A stretch of 64,000 nt of DNA from Victivallaceae bacterium. Lineage in GTDB: Bacteria; Verrucomicrobiota; Lentisphaeria; Victivallales; Victivallaceae. Positions 47,867-57,591 of this stretch are shown piece by piece (position 1 is the stretch's first letter; each line of letters begins with the position of its first letter). The stretch spans positions 51,116 to 115,115 of the forward strand of contig JAYFQV010000009.1 of the NCBI GenBank assembly GCA_034926605.1, read 5' to 3'. The translations under genes and the position numbers were made by a program. The notes beneath the pieces were generated by a model. That model ran no database searches. It was not told the DNA's origin and saw nothing but the letters and a program-made list of their open reading frames with translations.

Positions 47867-48427
47867 ATGAAAAAGTTTATTACGGCGCTCATGTTGGCGG
47901 CAACTCTGGGATTCGGGTTTGAGTCTCAGGCCGAGTCCGTCGCGGGCAAAATCCTGTTATGGCCGGCCAACCGCATCATGGACGCGCTGGATATATTCAG
48001 CATTTCCCTGGGTGTCGGCAATACCGTGCGTATCGAGCTTATGGCCACCGAGGCGGTCAAGGTCGGCGCCGGTATCGGTACCGAATTCAGCCTGGTCAAG
48101 GATTACAACCGGCAGTACGGCGTGGCCATGACCAACGGCTGGTATTGGTCGCTTATCACCGCCCAGCAGGGTAATCTGGAGCGCGTTGCGCTATGCGGCA
48201 CCGTAAAATCCTATCAGGAAGAGATCCGCGGCTATATCGATCCGGCCACCGACCCGACTTTCGATTTCTATGAGGGCGAACGCGATTACTGGCGTATCGG
48301 CGGAGCGCTCGGTTTGCTGGTCGACGGCGAACTCTATCTGCACCCGGTGGAGATAGCCGACTTCGTCGCCGGCATCTTCTTCATCGATCTGCGCGCCGAC
48401 GATTATTCGATGGACTCCTTTGAATAG
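47867..48427 (+). CDS. Hypothetical secreted protein
   Basis: Signal peptide MKKFITALMLAATLGFGFESQA. 186 aa. Confidence 0.45.
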   Translation: MKKFITALMLAATLGFGFESQAESVAGKILLWPANRIMDALDIFSISLGVGNTVRIELMATEAVKVGAGIGTEFSLVKDYNRQYGVAMTNGWYWSLITAQQGNLERVALCGTVKSYQEEIRGYIDPATDPTFDFYEGERDYWRIGGALGLLVDGELYLHPVEIADFVAGIFFIDLRADDYSMDSFE

Positions 48428-48734
48428 CTTCCGCTGTGTGCGCTGCGGCAACTGCTGCCGCTGGTACGGCCCGGTGAGGGTGGATGCCTCCGAGATCGCG
48501 GATATATCCGCGTTTTTGGAGCTGTTGGAGGCGGATTTTATCCGGGACCACACTACGCTCACCGCCGACCGCCGCGGATTGTCGCTGCTGGAAAAATCGG
48601 ATGGAAGCTGTGAGTATTTTTCGGAAGAGGCCGGATGCCTCATTCAGCCGGTTAAGCCGCGCCAATGCCGCGACTTTCCGCTGAAGTGGAATTTTCCCGG
48701 GTGGGAAAACGAATGCGGAGGGGATAAAAAGTGA
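48420..48734 (+). CDS. YkgJ-family (UPF0153) Fe-S/zinc cysteine-cluster protein
   Basis: CVRCGNCC N-terminal cluster and a C-terminal CxxC. Confidence 0.6.
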   Translation: MNSFRCVRCGNCCRWYGPVRVDASEIADISAFLELLEADFIRDHTTLTADRRGLSLLEKSDGSCEYFSEEAGCLIQPVKPRQCRDFPLKWNFPGWENECGGDKK

Positions 48735-49351
48735 AACAGATTCTGGGTACCGCCATCGTGGTCTCCGGCCCGAGCGGAGTGGGGAAATCCACCCTGTGCA
48801 AACGGGTACGCGAAGCCTATCCGGAGCTGGGATTTTCAATCTCCTGCACCACCCGCCCACCTCGCGCCGGAGAAACCGACGGAGTGGAATATTTCTTTCT
48901 GGCCCATGACGAGTTTGACCGGCGCGTCGCCGCCGGTGAATTTGCCGAATACGCCCGGGTCTTTGCCAACTCCTACGGCACGTTGAAAAGCCAGCTGCTC
49001 GACCCCGTCCGCAATCTGCGCGACGTTTTTCTGGACATCGATGTTCAGGGCGCCATGCAGATACGCGAGGCATGCCGGCAGGACGCCGAGCTAGACTCGG
49101 TCTGCGAATTCATCTTTATCGCGCCGCCGTCGCTGGCGGTGCTGGAAAAACGGCTGCGCGACCGCAACACCGACTCCGATGAGCAGTTGGCTTTGCGTAT
49201 CGGCCAAGCCCGAACCGAACTGTCTTTTGCCGGGCGCTACGATTATATCGTGGTCAACGACGACCTCGAGACCGCGGCGCGCGAGCTTATAAATCTGATT
49301 GCAACTTTCAAACTGAGCAGCAAACGGCGCAGGCTGGAGGAGAATTTATGA
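48731..49351 (+). CDS. gmk: Guanylate kinase
   Basis: GPSGVGKST P-loop, SCTTRPPRAGE, YFF guanylate-kinase signature. Confidence 0.85.
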   Translation: MKQILGTAIVVSGPSGVGKSTLCKRVREAYPELGFSISCTTRPPRAGETDGVEYFFLAHDEFDRRVAAGEFAEYARVFANSYGTLKSQLLDPVRNLRDVFLDIDVQGAMQIREACRQDAELDSVCEFIFIAPPSLAVLEKRLRDRNTDSDEQLALRIGQARTELSFAGRYDYIVVNDDLETAARELINLIATFKLSSKRRRLEENL

Positions 49352-49884
49352 GCAGGAAGACCATCGTTCTCGGAGTTTCCGGCGGGATCGCCGCCTACAA
49401 GGCCGCCGATTTGTGCAGCAAGCTGGCGCAGGCGGGATACGACGTGCATGTGGTGATGACCGAGCACGCCGCCAAGCTGGTTACTCCGCTGGCGTTTATG
49501 ACGTTGTCGCGAAATCAGGTCTCAACCGACAACTTTTCAATGCGCGACTGGCGCCCGGAACATATCGCGCTTGCCGATGCCGCCGACCTTGCGGTCGTGG
49601 CTCCGGCCACCTACAACATCATCGGCAAGCTGGCCAACGGCATCGCAGACGATCTGCTTTCGACTTTTCTCGCCGCCTATCGCAAGCCGCTGTTCGTGGC
49701 TCCCGCAATGAATCCGGCGATGTACGCCTCCGCTGCGCTCGTCGAGAATCTGGTGAAACTGCGTGAGCGCGGGGTGCATATAATCGGCCCCAAGACCGGG
49801 CACGTGGCCTGCGGCTCCGACGGCCCCGGCCGGATGGTCGAGCCCGAGGAAATCTTCAAGGCGATTACCGAGTTCGAGGGATAG
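49348..49884 (+). CDS. coaC: Phosphopantothenoylcysteine decarboxylase-type flavoprotein (CoaC domain only)
   Basis: ILGVSGGIAAYKA flavodoxin-like N-terminus, PAMN motif. No CoaB (CTP-ligase) half. Confidence 0.7.
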   Translation: MSRKTIVLGVSGGIAAYKAADLCSKLAQAGYDVHVVMTEHAAKLVTPLAFMTLSRNQVSTDNFSMRDWRPEHIALADAADLAVVAPATYNIIGKLANGIADDLLSTFLAAYRKPLFVAPAMNPAMYASAALVENLVKLRERGVHIIGPKTGHVACGSDGPGRMVEPEEIFKAITEFEG

Positions 49885-49888
49885 CACC

Positions 49889-50326
49889 ATGCGGCGAGCA
49901 GCATGGGCGGCGCTTCTTGTTTTTAGCTTGTTTTTCGCGTGGCCGGGTTTGATGTTGCTGATTTATTTATTTTTCTCAATTTCCATATTGGGAGGCTGGT
50001 TTTTCGGGATACTTCTATTTTGTCTGTTCATTGCAATTATTGTGGATGTTATGGTGTTCCGAAATTGCGACAATCAGGTTGTTCTGGCTCTGTTGACGCT
50101 TCAAGGCATCCTGATTTTGATTTCGTTCAGCTCTTTTGCTCCGAGGCTTTTTACCGGACTGGTTGCGCTGACCGGATTGGCGGCATATCTTTGGGCTGGT
50201 TTTTCCATTTTGACATATCGCGACGTATCACCTTGGAGAACATATTTTAGCAGCACTGTCGGTTTGCTTATCGCAGGCGCGGCGGCAATCTTTTTTATTT
50301 TGCTTGGCATTGATTTTGGGGTGTAG
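49889..50326 (+). CDS. Small polytopic membrane protein (paralog A)
   Basis: 145 aa, 4 TM helices. Shared GILLFC motif with the next gene. Local GC is clearly lower than the surroundings. Confidence 0.45.
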   Translation: MRRAAWAALLVFSLFFAWPGLMLLIYLFFSISILGGWFFGILLFCLFIAIIVDVMVFRNCDNQVVLALLTLQGILILISFSSFAPRLFTGLVALTGLAAYLWAGFSILTYRDVSPWRTYFSSTVGLLIAGAAAIFFILLGIDFGV

Positions 50327-50341
50327 AAGGGAGTATGTGGG

Positions 50342-50776
50342 ATGACGGATACGGGGAAACGTCGATTCTGGGGGGCCATGTTTGCGGCGGCGCTGGTTGC
50401 ACCGTGGGCGGCGATCTATCTGCTTCGCGACATCGGCGACTGCTATTTGGCCGCAACCGGGATTCTGCTGTTTTGCGGCGAGTTGGTAATATTGATGGTG
50501 ATGTGGCGTGATGGCGCGGAGCCGGTCTTGCGCTGGTTTCTTACCGCGCAATGCCTTTGTGTCATATTGGCGTTGGCGGTCGGAAGGCTGGTGTTTCCGG
50601 CGGCGATGGCAGCGGCGGCGGCGGCGGGTCTTGGCGCGTTTGCGGCCGCCTTCCGCGCGGCGGTGATTCGCTGCGGGGAAGATTCAGATTTTATGTATTT
50701 TGCCGGAACCGTCGGTTATCTGCTCGGCATTGTAGCAGGAGTGCTGACATGGGTTTCGATGGTATTGTCCGGCTGA
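50342..50776 (+). CDS. Small polytopic membrane protein (paralog B)
   Basis: 144 aa, 4 TM helices. GILLFC motif. The 3' end overlaps the convergent minus-strand gene, so the true end is uncertain. Confidence 0.4.
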   Translation: MTDTGKRRFWGAMFAAALVAPWAAIYLLRDIGDCYLAATGILLFCGELVILMVMWRDGAEPVLRWFLTAQCLCVILALAVGRLVFPAAMAAAAAAGLGAFAAAFRAAVIRCGEDSDFMYFAGTVGYLLGIVAGVLTWVSMVLSG

Positions 50777-51450
50777 TCATATATTCCGGCAAGAGTCATC
50801 GTTCCTTTGAACAGTACAATCCCGGGCAGCGCGACTCCGTCGAACAGCACGGTTGCCGCCGCCGAGACCGGAACATCGACGGCCAGTGCCGCCGGAACCA
50901 CCGGCAGCAGCCACCAGCTTGAAAGGGCTTTTTCTTTGCGAATGAACACCGTGTTCTCCATAATATCGAAACTGCCGTCCATTTGCGTGATAAGTGGCGG
51001 ACTAGGCCGATTGCGGAGCGGCAGCTTTTCCGCTTCTGAAAGATTGATGGCGCCGTAAAAGGCCACGCCCTCGGCATTTAAGTCATAAGCATTATTAAGT
51101 TCGGGGCCGCTTAGGTAATCGGCATAGTTGCTGGATATTTCAATTACGGCGTATCTCTGCGGAACTTCAATCCGGTTCAAGCTGCTTTCGGCATAGCTGA
51201 TTGGAACCATTATCAGCGCGAACTGCGACAGCGACGGATGGTATCCGACTTCCCGCGCAAAGACGTAATAACGGTTTCCGCATTTGTAAATGGTGTCATC
51301 CATGATGTCGGAGAAGTCGGCGTAGTATTCCACCACTCCCGCATTGAGCGTTTTGGCGCAGAACAAGCTGGCCACGCATCCCGATGTTCCGCAGGCCAGC
51401 AGGCAGAGCATTGCCGCCACCATAGCCGCATTGCCCGGTATGTGTCTCAT
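50716..51450 (-). CDS. Hypothetical lipoprotein
   Basis: MLCLLACGTSGC lipobox-like N-terminus. 244 aa. 4-nt overlap with the upstream gene. Confidence 0.45.
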   Translation of the reverse strand: MRHIPGNAAMVAAMLCLLACGTSGCVASLFCAKTLNAGVVEYYADFSDIMDDTIYKCGNRYYVFAREVGYHPSLSQFALIMVPISYAESSLNRIEVPQRYAVIEISSNYADYLSGPELNNAYDLNAEGVAFYGAINLSEAEKLPLRNRPSPPLITQMDGSFDIMENTVFIRKEKALSSWWLLPVVPAALAVDVPVSAAATVLFDGVALPGIVLFKGTMTLAGIYDQPDNTIETHVSTPATMPSR

Positions 51451-52412
51451 TTTATCTGCTTACCCCGGCTGTTTGGCAAATGCAATATTGACCAGGCATT
51501 ATCATTTTCCGGCAGTATTTTTGCGGCTTTCTTTGCCGCCTGCTCATAACAGTCGTCATAGGACTCGTCGGATATGACCTTGCCGTCGGCACGGGTGAAT
51601 GCTTCTTCGAGAGAATCTAGCATGTTTTCCTCCGGTTCCGTCCCGAACCGGAAAACTTCCTCAAGATATTCCTCGCTCCAGTTCAGTTGTTCAAGCGTCA
51701 GGTTGGCTATTTCTCGGCTCTTTTTCGGGGTGTACAACTGTTTCAGGCTTTCAATGAATATGCCTAGCAATTTTTGACGTTGTGCCGGAGTCACGGAGAG
51801 TGACTCGCTGAACTGTTCCATAAAGTCGTTTGCACCCTGGGCGATCGAAGATATTCTGATGGTATCGGCAATGAAATCACGATTGCCATCCGGCGTGTGC
51901 GGATAGTCTGCATTTATCATTTCAAGCCCCTCGTATTCCGGGTGGCGTTCCATCCAATATTTTAACAATTCAAGATCGGCGGGCCCGCCGTCGAAGATGA
52001 TGCGGCGCGCGGCATTTTGGAATATCGGTTCGAGCGCGGTCTTGTCGGCTGGATTGGTGGAGACCAGAAGTTTTGCCATTCGCGCGGTTGATATATTATA
52101 ATCCGGGCAAATACCGATAAATATGTCCCGCAATCGTAGTTTGAATTGTTTGGAATTGTAATAGTCGGAAAAAATCTGTCGGGCCTCGGCGGTTTCCGCG
52201 TCATCCAGAGGAGCACCGTACAGTTGTTCGAATGTTTCATTGGTAAATTCAAGGGAGGCTTGAGTGAACTTCGGAGCGATTTGCCCCGTCGTCTTCTCTA
52301 TCGCCGTATAGATCAATTTAGGTGCCATAATCTGGACGGTAAGCTTTCCGCATTTGACCATCAATAGAATCGCAACCACAACGGCAATAAGAATTTTGCT
52401 CCAAGTCGGCAT
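51447..52412 (-). CDS. Hypothetical membrane-anchored protein
   Basis: N-terminal TM anchor ILIAVVVAILLMV. 321 aa. Confidence 0.45.
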   Translation of the reverse strand: MPTWSKILIAVVVAILLMVKCGKLTVQIMAPKLIYTAIEKTTGQIAPKFTQASLEFTNETFEQLYGAPLDDAETAEARQIFSDYYNSKQFKLRLRDIFIGICPDYNISTARMAKLLVSTNPADKTALEPIFQNAARRIIFDGGPADLELLKYWMERHPEYEGLEMINADYPHTPDGNRDFIADTIRISSIAQGANDFMEQFSESLSVTPAQRQKLLGIFIESLKQLYTPKKSREIANLTLEQLNWSEEYLEEVFRFGTEPEENMLDSLEEAFTRADGKVISDESYDDCYEQAAKKAAKILPENDNAWSILHLPNSRGKQIK

Positions 52413-52548
52413 GGACTGATTATCTCCTTATGTTGGTACGGTTTAATGCCATGAATTGAAGCATGGACTCGAAAATAATATAGCATAAAAACTACCACTG
52501 TCAACATTGTGAACTTGCGTTAAAGGCGAAGAATGCTAAATTAATATC

Positions 52549-53169
52549 ATGACTATTACGGAATTTTACCAATATTTATTTGTGCGCTACGGCGAGCAGC
52601 ACTGGTGGCCGTGCGTGTCCGGTTCGCGCTGGGAGATTGCCGCCGGCGCGGTGCTGACTCAGAATTGCGCGTGGCGGAACGTGGAGAAGGCGCTTGTCAA
52701 CCTTGAAGCGGTCGGGCTGAACACGCCGGAGGCCGTGGTCGCAGCGGACGCCGCCCTAATTGGAGAATTGGTGCGCCCGGCCGGTTTTTTTAGGCAGAAG
52801 AGCGCCTATCTGCGCGAGGTGGCGGAATTTTTCCTGGCGAACGAGTCACGGTTCGCGGCGGCGGAATATACGCCGGAATTGCGGCGGGAACTGCTGGCGG
52901 TAAAGGGCGTCGGGCGCGAAACCGCCGACGCCATCCTGCTTTACGCGTTCAATTTCCCGGTGTTTGTGATCGACGCTTACACCAGGCGGGTCGCGGCGCG
53001 CCATCTTGATCTCGACGGCACGGAGGCATATGACGAGCTGCAGCGGAAATTCGCCGCCGCATTGCCGGCCGACCCCGCGCTGTTCAACGAATATCATGCG
53101 CTGATCGTGTGCTTCTGCAAGGAATCCTGCAGAAAATCCGGTTGCGGCGGCGACTGCCCTACTTCTTAA
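52549..53169 (+). CDS. Endonuclease-III-related HhH-GPD base-excision-repair protein
   Basis: LLAVKGVGRETADAILLYAF HhH-GPD motif. C-terminal 4Cys cluster CFCKESCRKSGCGGDC. Confidence 0.65.
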   Translation: MTITEFYQYLFVRYGEQHWWPCVSGSRWEIAAGAVLTQNCAWRNVEKALVNLEAVGLNTPEAVVAADAALIGELVRPAGFFRQKSAYLREVAEFFLANESRFAAAEYTPELRRELLAVKGVGRETADAILLYAFNFPVFVIDAYTRRVAARHLDLDGTEAYDELQRKFAAALPADPALFNEYHALIVCFCKESCRKSGCGGDCPTS

Positions 53170-54463
53170 GCCCGTCGATGCGGGCGATGATCGCGTCGGT
53201 TCCGGCCTGATAGAGTTTGGGCCCGGCGTGATTCTCGTTGGGGAACATCTTCCACGATTTGTTTTTGCTTGCCAGCTGGTTGTACATCATCATCACGCCG
53301 GTGGGCGGGCAGGTGTAGTCGGTAAGGCCGACAGTCACAAAGGTGTCGCAGGTGACGCGCGGAGCGAAGTTGACGGCGTCGAAATAGCGCATGGTCTCAA
53401 CCACGGCGGGATCGACCGCGGAACCGTCGTCATTCAGTTTCACAAAACCGGGCCAGACCGAGAAGAGACGGCGCTCGATCGGGGCGGAAACGTCGCACAG
53501 CCACGGGGCCTGGGGTGCCGCGAAGGTCACGGCACTGTCGAGCGCGGCTGCCACCACGGTCTGGAGTCCGCCCTGGCTGCCGCCGCCGGCGATCAGGTTT
53601 CTGCCGTTCCATTCCGGCAGCGACTTCATATAGTCCAGCGAACGTTTTACGCGAAGGAACATGTCGAGGAAATAGCATTTTTCGCGGTCGTTGGTGCCGC
53701 GCAGGTAGTATCCGGCCAGTTCGCCGTTGCCCAGTTTGTCGTAGAACTCCTGCGGTTTGCCGTTGGCGATGCCGTGGGCGTTGATTTCCAGCACCATCGC
53801 GCCATGAATGGCGATGTTGAACGGTTTGCGGGCGGAGTAAACCCCGGCGCCCTGATAGGTGACCACCGCCGGGAGTGATTTCGGGGCCGCACCCTTCGGC
53901 ATTATCAGGTAGCCGGATACCGGCACGCCGTCCACGCATTCGACTTTCACGTCATAACAGACCAGTTTTCCGGCGTATTCGGGTTCGGTTACCGGAATCT
54001 CCACCCGCTCGAGCTCTTTCAGCGGGACGGCGGCGAGCCGATCGAGCTGCCGCTGCCAGAAGGCGTCGAAATCGTCCGGGCGCGGAGCGGAGGGCTCGAT
54101 TTCCTCGGGCGCGAACGCTGCGCCGACACTCTTATTAATACGCTTGGCGTTGTCGGCCGGTGCGGCCGGGTCGGGGATCGACATTTCGAACCGCACGAAG
54201 CCGGGGCGGTCGCAGGTGAACGGAATGAACACCGGCAGTTCTTCCTTTCGCTCGGTGAAATATGGAGTATCGACCGAGTCGGTGTACTGCTGAATGATCG
54301 CCGGGCCGGGCAGGGAGTTCCCGCCGTCCCGCGCTTCGATGTGCAGCATCAGCTTGTCGCCGGGCTCATAAATTTTTGCGCTGTCGAAATTGACTGTGAT
54401 CTCGGGCGCGGCTGCCAGCGAGAAACCGAGCGCCGCCAGGGCGGCTATAAAATGCTTTTTCAT
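53159..54463 (-). CDS. Acetylxylan esterase / cephalosporin-C deacetylase-like (CE7) secreted esterase
   Basis: Signal peptide MKKHFIAALAALGFSLAAA. GGSQGG nucleophile elbow and AXE1-like N-terminal beta region. The longest ORF (to 54679) is probably over-extended. Confidence 0.65.
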   Translation of the reverse strand: MKKHFIAALAALGFSLAAAPEITVNFDSAKIYEPGDKLMLHIEARDGGNSLPGPAIIQQYTDSVDTPYFTERKEELPVFIPFTCDRPGFVRFEMSIPDPAAPADNAKRINKSVGAAFAPEEIEPSAPRPDDFDAFWQRQLDRLAAVPLKELERVEIPVTEPEYAGKLVCYDVKVECVDGVPVSGYLIMPKGAAPKSLPAVVTYQGAGVYSARKPFNIAIHGAMVLEINAHGIANGKPQEFYDKLGNGELAGYYLRGTNDREKCYFLDMFLRVKRSLDYMKSLPEWNGRNLIAGGGSQGGLQTVVAAALDSAVTFAAPQAPWLCDVSAPIERRLFSVWPGFVKLNDDGSAVDPAVVETMRYFDAVNFAPRVTCDTFVTVGLTDYTCPPTGVMMMYNQLASKNKSWKMFPNENHAGPKLYQAGTDAIIARIDGLKK

Positions 54464-54593
54464 GTCGATTCTCCGTTTTTTCCGATTATTATACACCCGC
54501 CGCCGTGCCGGTGCAACCGGCGGAATGGTTTTTCCCGGCTTAAAATAAAAAAAACGCGGTGCCGGAGCACCGCGTTCTGTATAGGACGGAATC

Positions 54594-56418
54594 CTAGCCG
54601 AGTCTGGCTTCGAAATCCGCGAGCTGCTTCTTGAGCTCTTCCGGGAGATGACTGCCGAAACGCTGATAGTGTTCCTCAATCATTTCGGTTTCCTTCTTCC
54701 AGCCCTCGACGTCGACACGCAGGAGTTCCTTCATGTCGGCTTCGGTTACTTCGTTTTCGATGCCGCTGCGATCGATGTCCTCGACGTTCGGCATGTAACC
54801 GATCTGGGTCTTGTTGGCTTCGATGGCGTTGTTGCAGCGGGCGAAGACCCAGGCGAGGACGCGGCTGTTATCGCCGTATCCGGGCCACAGCCACTTGCCG
54901 TCGGCGGTCTTGCGGAACCAGTTGACGAAGAAAATCTTCGGCAGCTTGTCTGCTTTGCCGGCCTTGCCGATGTCCAGCCAGTGCTTGAAGTAGTCGCCCA
55001 TGTTGTAGCCGCAGAACGGCAACATGGCGAACGGGTCGCGGCGGACGGTGCCGGCCTTGACGTCAAGCGCGGCGGCGGTGACTTCGCTGCCGGCGATGGT
55101 GCCCATGAACACGCCGTGGTTCCAGTCGAAGGACTGGTGCACCAGCGGGACGGTGGACGGACGGCGGCCGCCGAACAGGATGGCCGAAATCGGAACGCCG
55201 GCCGGGTCTTCCCAGTTGTCGGCGATGGCCGGGCAGTTGTAGGCACGGGCGGTGAAGCGGGCGTTCGGGTGGGCGGCGGGGGCGGTGGCGGTAGCGGCGT
55301 CCCACTCCTTGCCGTGCCAGTCGATCAGCTTGCCCGGAGCCGGGTAGCCGATGCCTTCCCACCAGACGTCGCCGTCTTCGGTAAGCGCGACGTTGGTGAA
55401 AATGGTGTCCTTGCTGCAGGAGTACATCGCGTTCGGGTTGCTCTGCATGTTGGTACCGGGAGCCACGCCGAAGAAGCCGGCTTCCGGGTTGATCGCGTAA
55501 AGGCTGCCGTCTTTGCCGAACTTCATCCAGGCGATATCGTCGCCGACGGTTTCGACCTTCCAGCCTTCGATGGTCGGGATCAGCATGGCCAGGTTGGTCT
55601 TGCCGCAGGCGGACGGGAACGCGCCGGTGACGTACTTGACTTCACCTTCGGGATTGGTAAGCTTCAGGATCAGCATGTGCTCGGCCATCCAGCCCTCGTC
55701 ATGGGCCTGGACGCTGGCGATGCGCAGGGCGAGGCACTTCTTGCCGAGCAGGGCGTTCCCGCCGTAACCGGAGCCGAAACTCCAGATTTCACGGGTTTCG
55801 GGGAAGTGGGCGATGTACTTCTTTTCCATCGGGGCGCACGGCCAGATGCCGTTGTCGCTCTCGCCGGCGGCCAGCGGCTTGCCGACGGAGTGCATGCAGG
55901 GAATGAATTCGCCGTCACCGAGGATGTCGAGTACCTTGGTGCCGACGCGGGTCATCACATGCATGTTGATGACAACGTAGGCGGAATCGGTAATCTCGAT
56001 GCCGATCTTGGCGATGTGGCTGCCGACCGGACCCATCGAGAAGGGAATGATATACATGGTGCGGCCGTGCATGCAGCCCTGATAGAGGCCCAGCATGGTC
56101 TTCTTGAGTTCGGTCGGGTCGATCCAGTTATTGGTCGGGCCGGCGTCTTCCTGGCTCCGGGAGGCAATGTAGGTACGGGCTTCGACGCGCGCAACGTCGC
56201 TCGGATCGGAGCGGAACAGCAGGGAGTTCGGGCGCTTTTCGGGATTCAGGCGAATGGCGAGTCCGGATTCCACAAGCTCATTGTTCAGGCGATCGTACTC
56301 GGCCTGGGAACCGTCGCACCAGTAGATGGCGTCGGGTTCGCAGATCTTTGCCCAATCTTCGACCCATTTCAGCAATTTTGCATTTTTGGTCGGAGCCTGA
56401 TTCAGATACTTAACCATA
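54594..56418 (-). CDS. pckG: Phosphoenolpyruvate carboxykinase (GTP)
   Basis: FPSACGKTN kinase-1a, GDDIAWM and other GTP-PEPCK signatures. AGGAAAG RBS upstream of MVKYLN. Confidence 0.9.
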
Positions 56419-56605
56419 ATCACTCTTTCCTTTTGGGTTAAAAGTTTCAAATTGTTTTCCAAAAACTTAAATCCATTAAATATACCATCGATACATTTTT
56501 ATTCAAGTCCCAAAATGGAAAACCCGGAATTTTATCGGGCGGGAAGTTGTTTTCCGCGGTTTGTGTGTCTATATTATCAAAAATCATTGTGAAGCGAGGA
56601 ATTCA

Positions 56606-57589
56606 ATGAAAAAAGCTATGCCGTTTCTGCTGGCGGCGGCCGTGGTGATCACCCTGTTCTGCGGCCTGCTGTGGTTAAACAATATTGAAAGCGCGAGAAA
56701 GAGCTACGAGATACTGTTCTCCGGCAGCGGTTCGGCGGCGGAGGCGGCCCGGCAGCCGGGATTCTTCGGCTGGCTTGATTGGGCCACTCTGGATTTGTCG
56801 ACCATCAGCACCTTGATTCCGTTTTTCGGAATGCTGTGCCTGACTCTCGGTATTGTCCGCATCCGGCGCGGTAAACCGGTGCTCACCGAAAATTTTCCGT
56901 TCTTCCATTCCTATGACCGCATCAACATTGCACTGGGGCTCATCGGAACCATCTGGGGCATCATCATCATCGGGTTTTACAAGCCGGAGGACATCAACGT
57001 GGCCAACCTGATGATGTGTTTGCACACCGCGCTGTTTTCCACTATGGTGGCGGTGGTATGGGTGTCGGTGCTGCTGCCGCTGCTGGTCACTCCGCTCATG
57101 CGTAAGCTGGCCGGGGAGAAGGCCGCCGGGGCGGCTGCCGCGGGCGAGGACGACAACCTGTTCGAACTGGTTGATAAACTCAGCGTTGCCGCGGCCGCGG
57201 TAAGCAAGGAGTTCGCCGCCAGCAACGAACAGCTGCGCAATTTCAACGGTCGCCTGCGCAACGCCGCCGAGGAGCTCAACGAATGCAGTCTCAACCTGAG
57301 CGCCATGCTTCACCGGCTTACCGGTACCGGCGATCAGTGGCAGAAGGAGCAGGCGCGACAGGTGGAGATACTGGGTCAGACGGCCAAGATGGTGGAGTCG
57401 GTGAGCAACGTGCAGTCGCAACTTACCGCGCAGCTGGAGAAGCTTCAGCGCGACAACGCCACTTTGCAGGCTCAGAACGCCGCCTTGCGCAGCACCAACA
57501 GTGAACTCAGCGAGTCCGCCAGCGTGGCCGGCGCCGAGAACATTAAGCTCAAGACCGCGCTCGAACAGATCAAGGGCGCATTTCACTAA
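56606..57589 (+). CDS. MotA/TolQ/ExbB-family proton-channel protein with an approximately 130-aa C-terminal coiled-coil extension
   Basis: GAGGAA RBS. TM1, then ALGLIGTIWGIIIIGF and CLHTALFSTMVAVVWVSVLLPLL matching the ExbB/MotA TM2-TM3 conserved core (GLLGTV.GM / A.xTT..GL). Heptad-rich Q/L/A tail. Confidence 0.6.
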   Translation: MKKAMPFLLAAAVVITLFCGLLWLNNIESARKSYEILFSGSGSAAEAARQPGFFGWLDWATLDLSTISTLIPFFGMLCLTLGIVRIRRGKPVLTENFPFFHSYDRINIALGLIGTIWGIIIIGFYKPEDINVANLMMCLHTALFSTMVAVVWVSVLLPLLVTPLMRKLAGEKAAGAAAAGEDDNLFELVDKLSVAAAAVSKEFAASNEQLRNFNGRLRNAAEELNECSLNLSAMLHRLTGTGDQWQKEQARQVEILGQTAKMVESVSNVQSQLTAQLEKLQRDNATLQAQNAALRSTNSELSESASVAGAENIKLKTALEQIKGAFH

Positions 57590-57591
57590 AA

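Noticed and set aside
54648-56441. 597-aa plus-strand ORF
   Set aside because: Antisense to pckG, which carries unmistakable GTP-PEPCK motifs.
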